This document shows, piece by piece, positions 37,490 through 49,400 of a stretch of 64,000 nucleotides of DNA (its first letter is position 1; each line of letters opens with the position of its first letter). The stretch is taken from positions 1,185,019 through 1,249,018 of the forward strand of contig NMRA01000042.1 of assembly GCA_002633005.1 (NCBI GenBank), written 5' to 3'. The translations under genes were made by a program, and so were the position numbers. The DNA is from Phoronis australis (lineage: Eukaryota > Animalia > Phoronida). The notes below the pieces were generated by a model that was not told the DNA's origin, ran no database searches, and saw only the letters and a program-made list of their open reading frames with translations.

Positions 37490-40400
37490 ATGAGTGACAG
37501 TGCCGTTGATAACAAAGGTAATATTCATTTCTCGATTCTCAACCACCGTCGCAGTGTTGCTGTGGCTGAGTGCTGAGTGAAATTAATCTAAACTTCTAAA
37601 ATATTGCACTGCCATGGACTACAAGGTTTCCTTAGCAACTTGGCAATCATCATTAATGAAACTTTAAGTGTCACGAAATTCATTTTGGGAAATTGGACAT
37701 TCAACTTACAATTTATGAAAATGTTCATCTCTGGTGTAACAATTAAACAAGTGAGATGGTATTCGACCCGTCTCATTGAGTCTGTAGACAGTGACCAACG
37801 TCTCATGTTGAACTACACTACTACAGACTGTGTAGCTCCTATAAGAGCTTCATATATCGGAAGCTTTTTGGTGAATTAGGCCTCACACTGGTTATGATGT
37901 AATAAATACCTTCTGCGCATAGAGGGACACCTTTGCTTAGGAGGCCGTCCATGTCTTTAATTCCTCCCAACTCGAACAAATATTCCTGTTTTCAAACTTT
38001 TTCTTAAATCGGTCATTCGCTCAGTTCCCAAAATCAGAAACTTGCCATTTTTAACACAGCGCGCGACAGGTGGTATGACATCATATCCCCTGACATGTGC
38101 AGTGAAAAAAATGGCCAGTTACCGATTATGGGAACTGAACGAGGACTGCTCGAAGAAAAAGTTTGATAACAGGAATATTTGTCATAGTTGGAAGGAATTA
38201 AAGACATCGTCCATCTAAGGTGTCCTTCTATGCGCAGTAAATTGCCCAACAGTTTTTGTTTTGACATCTGAAAATCAATCCAAGCAGTGAAGTTGGAGAC
38301 TTGATCACACAGCCGCTATAGAAAACCAAATAAATACAAACTGTATAATAATGTTGTACATTAAAGTAGAAAGTTATGAAGAGAAATGAGGCTTATGCTT
38401 TATATCGGCTTCAACTCATAGCAATATTGGAACTTCTTGGTTTCAATTGAGTTCAGCTAACTGGGTCATTTGAAAAGGCCATGGAAGTTTGTCAAGAAAT
38501 GTTAGTCCTAACCATAGTATAAAATTTCAGCATTTCTCCGTTTGCTGATAGGTCATCAAAGGTGATAACGATGTGCACTTTTTAAGAGATGGTCTCTTTA
38601 TTGAAGAAAGTCTAGCGTTCAGAGCAACCTGGCTTTGACATTGGTGCGACACACTTCCACTGCACAGTTACTGTATTATCAATATCCAATGTCAATATTT
38701 TATTGATATGTTTTTTAACTTAAAGTATATTGTAAAAATGTGTATGTGGATATTAGTGTGTGAGAAAGTTGGTAATTCTGCATTTTAGTTGTCACATAAA
38801 TTATCTGAAATTGATGGGAACCAGTTGCCTCTACTGATAATGCCCGTTTTTCAGTGGATGTAGTCTCATTACAATACAAGTATAGCCTTAGAACGATGTG
38901 GGTAGAGGGAGGTGGCACAGTGTGGGACCTGTCTAGTTCTTGTTAAATTGTGAGAATTTCCCTGTAGTACTTAACTTAAGACGTTTGACCGTTATCACGC
39001 ATATTTGCGTGTAACTAAATGATTTGGTTTGGTATGCAGATCACCCATCTCAGGCTCAGTACCCAAAGACAGCAATATTTCTGCGGTATCAAGAATTTCA
39101 CATTTTGGGATACTTGATATTGAATAGCTGACTTTCGAAAGAGCCCCGCCATATTGAAGTCCACTAACCCGCCAAACAGCAATCATGTCATGGTGGACAG
39201 GTATACTAGTGCCACCTACAGATCCCATGTAATCCGGATGAGAGGGTTCAAACTACTGATATCAACTGTGTTTTAACTAAATTCCGGTTAATTTAGTGCC
39301 GGTAAATTTCCACTGCTGTGCGCGTTCGGATATACTCATGCCTTACGAAAAAGGCAAACCTTTTGAAATATCAATGGATGAACAAGGACACCATATTCCG
39401 TGTTCCATACATTTCCCAATGTAAAGAAGTGTGTGGCAGCAAAGCCAGTGGCTACAGCTGATAAAACATGAAAATTTCAATTCCAGCCGGTATCAAAAAG
39501 CTAAAATAAATTAATGAACTTAAAGTAATGAAACAATGGGAGGGGCTAACGGTAGAATTATTCCTCTGCTTTTAAATCTATGAACCACTATGTGGTAATT
39601 GAGTTTCTGTCTACCAAAGCTGGGTCTGGATTAATCTAAAGTCACATCCGTGCTCTCGTTTCTGTAGAGAGCGCCAACATGAACAGTCCCCTATTCTAAC
39701 CAATCAATCGCTTGACATTATTCAGTTCTAGATGAAAGTGGTTCTCTAAATTGAGGACCACTAAAAGCGACTTGTGCACACTTTGAAACAAATAGTGATT
39801 ATCTGTACCTCAGAAATGAGTGACGAAAAACTGACAGAGATGATCCACTACAAGGCCCCCTCCCAGGTGAGAGGAGTTGTTCCATGGATCACCTCTGTCA
39901 GTTTTTAGTCAGTCATTCCTAATTTTCTCACTTTTTGTACATCTTCCCTTGATCCTGTGAAATGCATTCTTTTAATGTAAGGAAACTCCTAATTGACAGA
40001 AGTATTTTCTCACAATTAGAGAACTAATGTTGGACGAGTTGGCTGATTGATGTGGATTTACTGTTGTTTCCAGATGACGATGGCAGCGTCCTAGACATTG
40101 TTGACACCACTGAAAATGATTTCTGTGAGGAGAATGCTGATCAAGAAAAGAAAGGTATTTCCTCTTTGAGTGTAACAGAAGACAAAAGTAGTTAGACAAA
40201 TTGCTGTTTTCCAGTCTTGATGACTGGTTTTGTTAATAACAAAAATGACTGGTAATAACTATTAGGGCAACAAAATTCTAAATACAAAATAGTTTAGCCA
40301 CCTTACTGACTTCCTGTTTATTACCCCTTCAGTCTGGGTCATGAGGGAAGACTACTACTCTGGTGGTGAATTTGGATTTCTCCCACCGATCATGACGATG

Positions 40401-43400
40401 AATTATGGGTCATTTTGTCCAAATATTTGTGACTTGTACTCTGTATGTTATTCTCCAGTTCAAATGTGTAGTGTGGGCCTTCAAGGTTTCACCTCTTCGG
40501 AAGCATTGGAAGCACCACTATTGCTTATTAGGGATGTTGTTGGATAGAGAGTTGCATTTTTTTTAAGACAAACAATTACTCGTCTGGGTTACCGCCCATG
40601 CTCGGCCTACCACCCACCCCCGAAGTTTTTCAATTTTTCATTTTTAAGTGCCCATGCTCGGATTACCGCCCACCCTCAATTTTTTATGATCAAGACCTCG
40701 TCAAAAGTGTCTGCTTTTGTGAATGTTCGTCTCACAAAACTAAGACTCCAAAACGTGCGCAACTCGCTTACCTTTCAATGACAATCTGTTTTAGTGGAAT
40801 GGGACCTTGCCTGACTATGGCGGTAAAATACCCATATTCTCATGCTCATTACTGATGAAGGCACAATTGTTTCCTTTTGTTCACGTGCAGAGCTCGTGTC
40901 CGCTTGTACTGATCACTGAGACTGCGCTTCTCGAATGTATTTCCTTGCTGTGGAAGAACCAACAAAGCGGTACTTGACAAGAATTTCATGCTGTGAACAA
41001 ATTTTGGGAGGTTGGTGTTGGCTGTTCAACACAGAAAGGAATATAGGCACAATGTATATAAAATGTTACATTGTTCAAACTAGGTTCAAAGTATTAAGAA
41101 AATAGACCTGTCAATCATTAGCACATGTTTGGTTGCCAAAGTATCTTGCTGGCAGCCAATCTTAAAAAATCACATGGGGAACTAGCGTAGTCTTTCGTGA
41201 TCTTGCTTTTCTCTCAAGAAACTTCCCCTACTGAAGGCACGCCTACCTGTAGGAATACTTTAGTTCCAAGAGATGATGAGCTGTGACCGAGGTACGTAAA
41301 AACCTAATCACGCTTGGGATCACGACGCCACTGTATCGTGTGCGCTATTCCACTTCAGCCCGTCGAAGTCAGTTACTTCAATCCCCTGACATATATTTTA
41401 ACTGACATGCTTGAAGACTGACGTCAGTGTAGCTCCTTGAGAGTAAAATCGGTCCTCCCGACTTTTCAAAAATTTTGATTTTAATCAGCTTAATACCCTC
41501 ACCCCCTGTTTTAGATTCCAATCCCAATTTAAGCGCCCAGGGCGGTAACACGGACGAGTACGGTAAGCCAGCCAGAACTCTGAATAACAAAAGTTGGAAA
41601 CTCTTCATATGAGTAGTAAAGAAATATACATTGTATTCTTGGTAATTAAGCACCTATTTAGCACACAATATGGCTGACACACGGTAAACCATTTTCCCAC
41701 ATTGCGCAACAAAAACGATCATTAGGAACATTTTACAGAACTAATGCCATGTATTGCTGTGGTAAAACTACACTTGGTAATTTTTTCATTATCTGTAACG
41801 CTACAGTCAGCATTACAAACTTAAAAATCTAATATTATGGCATTTATTCTTGTGCAAAATAAATGAAGGGTTATCACACTCTAAGCCAAACATGTCTTGC
41901 TAGTGCTGAGTGCCCCACAACATGCATTGTCCCTGTCATGTGCACAAATGTTTGCTTTGACAGTTAAGAAGAGTTCAAAGACGAAATCCCCAAAAGTCGC
42001 GAAGAGAAAGACACGCTCCAAGACCCGAGCAGCAGCCAAAGTTGAGCCAGAGAGCGTGAGTGAGAGTCGCGTAACAGCTGCAGAGGAAGAGAAACAGGTA
42101 ACATGGGTTGGTCTGAGCCTCGTAGAGTGGGATCATCTTGTTCATGTCTGATTTGACCCTAGTGTTGAAGATACTGCAACCCCCATTTTCTGTCAGAACC
42201 TAAGTTTTACTGTAAGCCACATACCATTATGAACTTTATGTCATCTTGTTCTTTATTGGGTTTGAGATTAGTTTCTGAGATTAAGAAGAACTGAGAGTTG
42301 GTTGGTTCAGAGCAGGCTTGTCGTATTTGTTCGTCACAACGGGTTAGTTTCAGCCGCTGAAGCAGTATGGCCATCAAGAGAATTCTGGGCGTTTAATTGC
42401 AACCAATTTCAATTCAAACAGAAGGATAAGAATGAGGTGACATTGCTTGGAAGAGCAAAATACGAATGTGAAGAAAGTTGGTTGAGACTCCAGAACATAG
42501 TTTATCATAGAGAGAGACAACTATTCATTTCTAACATCCTCACTCTCCATCATGATGTGTTTAAGGTTCTGTTGGACCCTAGAAAGTGTACACACTCGGC
42601 TATGGAAGATCATCTCTGAGAAATAGCTGATTGGTTTCGCATCCATTTCGACAATATGCTGTTAGCAATTGTTTTTAAAGTGCTCCTTTTTATTGCATGA
42701 GATGCCGTCAAAAATATGACTTAAAGATGCATGAAATGAAAATGGAAACGGCGTCTTTGATGTTGAACATTTACATAAAAGTGAATTTGACCTAATTTGT
42801 TATTGATGCCATCTTTTTGTTATGAATGTACCGTACCATTCTTGTAAATTTTACCAAAAAGTCATGGTCTCATGATCCAATTACTTGGAAATCGGTATAA
42901 AGTCAAAACTCATACTACAGACTTTCTACATTCAAAAAGTATTTACTTTCATTCAGTTAAAGTATATAATTTTGCAGATGTTTGGCGAAGTACACAGACT
43001 TTTTGATAAGGTCCTACATTACTTTAATGGACATTTCTTGGTAGTAACTCTGGTTTCAGGTTTATCATTTGAAAGTTTTGTATTTGACGCTGTTTATTTT
43101 CATATCAAATTGGTTTCTTTTAGTGACTAAACATGAAGTCAAGAAATTTGTCCTGGCCCATTAAAGTTGGGCTTCAAAATTTCCCAGCCATGCAGCACTA
43201 TTTTCAGTATTCAGTTGGAAATGAGAGATAACCTGTGTGTTATAATTTGAACTGTCGGATTTTGGAAGGCTTGCCAGCTTTGTGATTTTCTAAAGCGTTT
43301 TGTTGACTTCTCAATGGTGGCTTGATGGATCTGTCTGGTCTGTTACTGTATGATGTGTACCGTGTATACCCATGTCATTCAACTTTAGTTGTCACAGTCA

Positions 43401-46400
43401 TCAAGTTATTGTGAAAGATGTTGAGTGTAAAAATGGAATCCACTATTTTATGTCTTTGCCATTGGGGCAGCTGTTGACTTTTATTTATAACAAGTGTTCC
43501 AGAGGAATTTTGTCTGCCTGTCAGAACTGTGAAACTCCCATGAGTCGTATTTTCACTTGAATCGGATGGAAGTTCAACGGTGCATTATTTTGTTCTAATC
43601 AGGTTTCACCTTACTCGGATGAAATCTCTCAGTCCAGTTTTGGGGTTGTTGAAGAATGGCCCCATTCACTTATGAAAATTATTTAAAATTCATGCGAAAT
43701 TCGCCTCCACAGTCTCGGAATGTCCCCACCAACTGTTAAAAAATATGTTTAGGATCACTTTTAACTTACACAGGCTCCTAGTTCTGAACATTCGCCTTGT
43801 TAGATGGGTCTGGCACCTTTGCCTTCAGGTGAGCAAAGGCCGTGAGCTGGAGCCAGCTATATTGTTATTATTATTATTTTATTACCATTAGGAAGAGGAA
43901 AAAGAGGAGAGTGAAACTGACAAAGTCAAAATAAAGCAGATTGAGGATAAACGTCGGGAGCTGGAGCGTGAGAATGCCGAGCGACAGAGGACCCTGGCCA
44001 AACTAAAGGAGCAAGAGCAGGCGTTGAAGCGGGCGGCGGAAACTGGCGCCGGCGCCCCGGCGACGGGACGGAAGGCTAGCAGGGGAAGAGATGGGAAGAA
44101 CAGAAGGAAAGGGAGGTCACCAAAGACATTAGAGACAAGTACGTTGTTGATTGGTTTTATATGGCTTGCTGGACATGTGCATTAGAGGCAATGAGAAATG
44201 TTATTGGCTTAATTTTTAATGTACCCTTAGAAGTTTCGTGTAATCTGTAGTAAGTAAGAGATGTAAGCGTTCATGTGATGTGTGCGTGGAATTTTGCTGG
44301 ATTTTGTGTTTGAAAACGATGTATTATCATAAGGTTTACAAACAGTAGCAATATTGAACTTTTACCAGACTGCAGAGAAGTAGTAGTTAAGGATGAAAGT
44401 TGGAATGGAGAGCCTTGAAAAGTTTCAATTTTGTTGTAAACATTCTGTGCACACGACATGTCTTTCTGCCCCCTGGTGGTTACAGGTGACAAGGAGGATG
44501 GGGAGAGAGCAGAGGGTGGAACGGACGATGGGGACGGGCAGGAGTATGACACGCGCAGTGAGGCAGGCAGCTCTGGAGATGATGGTGAATCTGGACACGG
44601 GTCAGGTGAGCGGCGACACCTAATGGACAGATTAAAAATTATAATGACCAGCATGTGATGTCTTATTCGAATGTTGTTCTCGGGACAGAACTAGTCAATA
44701 ACAAAAATTGAAGTGGTAGCCATTGATGTAGGAGAGGATGCACTATATCAAATGATCTTAGTGTGTAATATCTGTGTAATACCACATTTCTGTGTCTGTA
44801 CTTTGTTTTTTAGCTACATGCCTCTATGCCAGTAGTTGATCAGGGGTGGTACCTGGATGACTTTAATATCTACTTTTATCGTGAGAAATTCAGCTTGTAA
44901 TTTTTATTCAGCTCATCAGCCGCGAGTCCTTGTTCAATACACATAATGTCTCTGTTAATGCTACACTCATTCCACATAGTTTTAGGTTATTTAGAATATC
45001 CAGTGGCGTTGTCCATTTAAAATGGACTTGTTCATACTGATTCTTTAGAATGTCTTTAGGGTTTTGAAATCATTAAGATAAGATGATTGAATGTGTTGTT
45101 GTTTGTAATCAGTGTAAAGAGTGAAGATGACCCTATTCACTGTTAGAGTTACTGTTATCTCTGTTGACCAGTCATCCAACAAAAGAAGATGGTCGTGAAA
45201 GAAAACATATTTGTGATTAGTGCTATTCGCAACAGGAAAGAATCATTCATAGTTGTCGGTTGAGAAATGCAGTTCAAGCAGTTTGGGTTTTGTAGGAGAG
45301 TTGTTTTTGTCCGTCGAACTGTTTTCACCTCTCGTTAATTACCACAGGTAATGAGGCGGATGAAGCCAAGGAACGGAGCAAAGGATCTCGCGAGATCTCG
45401 CCCATTGAATGGGAGAAGTCAGGCTCGCAGTCAGCCTCGGACAGTGATGGGGAGTCTGATGGGGGCTCTGAAGATGAGGATTCTGGGAAGAGTAAGTGGT
45501 GATGTGACGTTATTATGAAACCTTGCTCTTGGTTTAACACACTTTTTCCAAGTTCTCTGCTGTATGCTCAGATCAGTGATAGGAACTAATGTTGCTGTCG
45601 AATACTGAGCAAAGTGTGTCTAATCTTTGCTAGTGGTGATACGGTAAATTAATCGAATGCTGTCCCAGTATCAGTGATTGTAGAGTTGTATTAATTTTGT
45701 GAAAGGCTACATCTGACTTCTTCGCTGTATTGATCTTCGCTTTATTAATCGTATTCTGCCTTAAGCATCTGGTTCAACTGTTTTTTCTTAACGTTATATT
45801 TTTCAACGTCTGCTATCACGTTGTCTCTCGTATCACTTGTTTGAGCAGAAAAAGAAGGGAGAAGCTCAACGCCCACCCGCAAGGACTACTACCACAAGCT
45901 ACGTTATATATTCCGCAATGCCAAGTTTTTCCTCATTAAAAGCAACAACCATGAGAATGTCTCATTGGCTAAGGCCAAAGGTGTGTGGTCATCGCCGCCG
46001 CAGAACGAGATACGCATTAACAAAGGCTTCGAAGAGTTCACCAATGTCATCCTCATCTTTTCAGTCAAAGAAAGTGGGAAATTCCAGGGTGAGCTGTTTG
46101 TTATTTATTGTATTCTAGTCACGTGACCGGTAACATATTGCTAGTAGTTTATAGCTAGCAGGGTTTGGTAGACACTTGGTTGTATGTTGCCTCATAACCC
46201 TGTGGAAAACAGTCATTTGGGGTATTTGATAGCAGTTATTAGTACAGCTAGTAATCCTGTGACTTTATGAATTCTAATTGCTAGAAATCTTGACATGCAT
46301 GAAGATTTGTTCTAGGTGCAGCAGGTAAACAAAAATCTAATAATGTAATATTTAAGTTTTAGAATTGCAATCTGACTTCAAAGAAGTTTGAAATTCCTGT

Positions 46401-49400
46401 TTCTTTGAGAAATAGTTTCATGTTGGTAATATTTGCCAATATACTCCATCAATGTCAGCACTCTGCACACTCTGTAGGAGGTTCACGTAAGGTATGTAGA
46501 CTTGTGGATTTGCCCAGGTTTAAACTTAATAACCCTCATTTAAGACTTTGTCAGTTGTAACCGGAACTGTAGCAATAATCTTGCTCATCTCACATAATGT
46601 CTTGTGTATTTATCACACCGGTGACACCTATTGGCTCTCCCATAACAGGTTATGCAAGAGTAGCGGCTAAGTCGGACAAGGACCACCCACCTATACGGTG
46701 GGTGCTACCCCCCGGCATCAGCGCGAGGGCTCTGAGTGGAGTGTTCAGGCTGGACTGGATCAACAGGTATATGAGTGGGGAGGAGAGGATGGAATCCAAA
46801 GTCTTTAGCAGTAATCTCTACAGTAGCAATTGCACAGTAGTATAATTTTGTCCAAATTAAAGTCTGGATCATTTGTGAATAAAACTAGACTTTCATTTAA
46901 GCATCACCTAAATTTTATTTGTGATTTGGGTTAGATATTAAATCATATGAGTTGGAAGTATTTGCTGAGACTATGCTGCCATTACTTTCTTGTTTGGTGG
47001 ATGTTTGGATGAGTCACTCAAATAATTAGTCTGATCCAAACTTGAAGTCTTCTTCTGTAGTTTGCCCACTCTCATGTTGCTCGTTCATGTTTTTTCCAGG
47101 AATGAACTGGCCTTCGCCAACACCCAGCATCTGCGTAACCATTGGAACGAGAATCTGCCAGTCAAAATTGGACGAGATGGACAGGTAGGGCCAGTTACTC
47201 GCATTGGTGTCTTAGGTGTTGGGCAGGAGGGCAAATGGCTATTGGATCTCCACTGGACCGTCCAGTGTCTATGTCCTTGGCTCTGTGGTGTTCTTCATGC
47301 CATGTTCAAGAATGTCGAGTTTGTTAAAATCACTTAATGATCATAATGTGGTTGGCCTCAGGTCTAGCATTTCCCATACATCTTCTACACGTTTGTTACG
47401 CATAGTTGTCTAGGGAATCTTAAGTTCTAAATTATTCGATAGGATGCCTTTATGAATGCTCACCTGATTGGCAAATATGTGTTAGTACCTCTGTCCTCTG
47501 ATTGGCCAAAATGCAGTACGATAGCTCCCGTTGTAAGATAATATTGGCCAAACTGCCCGGCGTTGGATGTCATAATTCGCAATCTGACCAATGAGACGTA
47601 GAACCCATAAACCTAGACTTGACTACAAAGCAAAGCGTGTGATACCAATCTATCAAAGCAAGAAAGAACACGTTAATCTAAGAAGGTAAAAAAAATCGCA
47701 GGAAAGAAATATCAGAGGTCTTGTAATGAAACAAATATAGAGCTATCCCTCGGGCAGTCTTCGGGATAAAACAACCTTTTTTGGACATGCTACATGCTTT
47801 TTGCAGAAATGTTAACTTTCTCCCTCACCTGATTCACCCATTGTTTCTCACTGTTACAGGATATCGAGCCAATGTGCGGAGAGTCTCTTTGCCGCCTTTT
47901 CCCTCCGGACGACTCAGTGGATTTATCAAACATTGCAAGGAAAGCACGGCATGCGGCCAAGTATACTCGACGTCCGCGACACGACGTGCGGCGCGGGGCA
48001 TCACCGAGGTTAGAGCACGTTGCCATCTCAAGGACTCTGCTGTCAGTCTACGCTGGCGTCAGTTTCCTGTTAGAAAACATCTTGCTGTTCAGGACTGGTC
48101 TTACTCCCTGTGTCATATGGTGAACTTTTTGACAGGAAGCTGGTAGCAAAATGTGGAATAAGTGAATTTCTTTGTAAAAATCCCCTGCCTTGGATACCAT
48201 CGATTGAACATCAACAGTCAAAGCCACGGGCAGCGTTGTTTTCTTTCAGCTCGCTTTTGTTGTTTTCCTAAATCTCTTTTCTAGGTTTCCCCACCACACT
48301 TGTGGTAAGTATTGATGATTATGTAGTCAAGTGGTTTTATTACATGTCTTTCCACCTTACTAGCAGGTTAAACCGATGGTCTGGCTTTGGATAATGGAGC
48401 TTGGCAGTGCTAAACCAAGCCCGGAGTACATGCAATATGGCGGTGATTCAGGAGGCTTGCTGATGTGTGGAGGATTAGTGGTTGTTTTGTGATTTGCAGG
48501 ACTGAACAGTTCAGTCAGCATTGCCTTGCTGTATGGCAGGCAACAATGGATGTGTTTAAGTTCTGCGCAAGAGATCGTCATCCCTGTGAAGGCGACGTTT
48601 ATTCACATGGGAGTCCACATATGGACTGATTCTGTCATGAGCTGCAAGTTTCAGTTCCAGGGAATGCTGGCCAAACTAAATCTGCTGTGGAATCTAGCAG
48701 ATTTATGTCGCCCACGTGCCAAACAAGGACTTGTGTTAGTTGGTGCTGTGTAATAGTTGTGCCTGAAAATGACTTAGCCTCAATCGCAGTGGCGAGATGG
48801 AGCAATCATGCCCGTAATCTCACATGGCGATCAAATCTCAGTGCAGTAGTGCCACCTTTTGGCCATTAGTGATAAGCGCTATACGAGTCGTGTGATGTGA
48901 ACTGTGTTGGCAAAGTGGCAGCCATCAGTTGTGAGTGAAATGGCCTTGCATGAGGATATAAAGTGGCCTTATGCACTTGCATATGCCTGGGACATTTCTT
49001 CGATAATCTTAGCATATGTTGTGCTTAACGAACTTTTCATGGACTTTCTATCACCAACGAGCCAAATGCATCTGATTTCATTGCTAAATCACTCGTCTGG
49101 ACTTAAACCCAAACAAATGTGCCTGCCTGAGTTTGAGAGCGCACTGATTAAAAGGGACTTTGTGCGTACCACGCTGAGCCGGTTCATTTCAACTGGTTAC
49201 AAAGTTGAAGTCAGCCTGTAACGACGGTATGTAGTTGCTAAGCCGAGGGTTGGGCGCACACAGCAAGGAAAGGGTGTTTAACTTAGTTTAAATCAAATGC
49301 AGACTTCTTTAAGGTAGGATCGCACTCTTCAGGACAGATGAAACGCCATTTTTACGTAACAATTAAAAGAAACATTTTTTCCTTAAAACATTTTTTGTCC

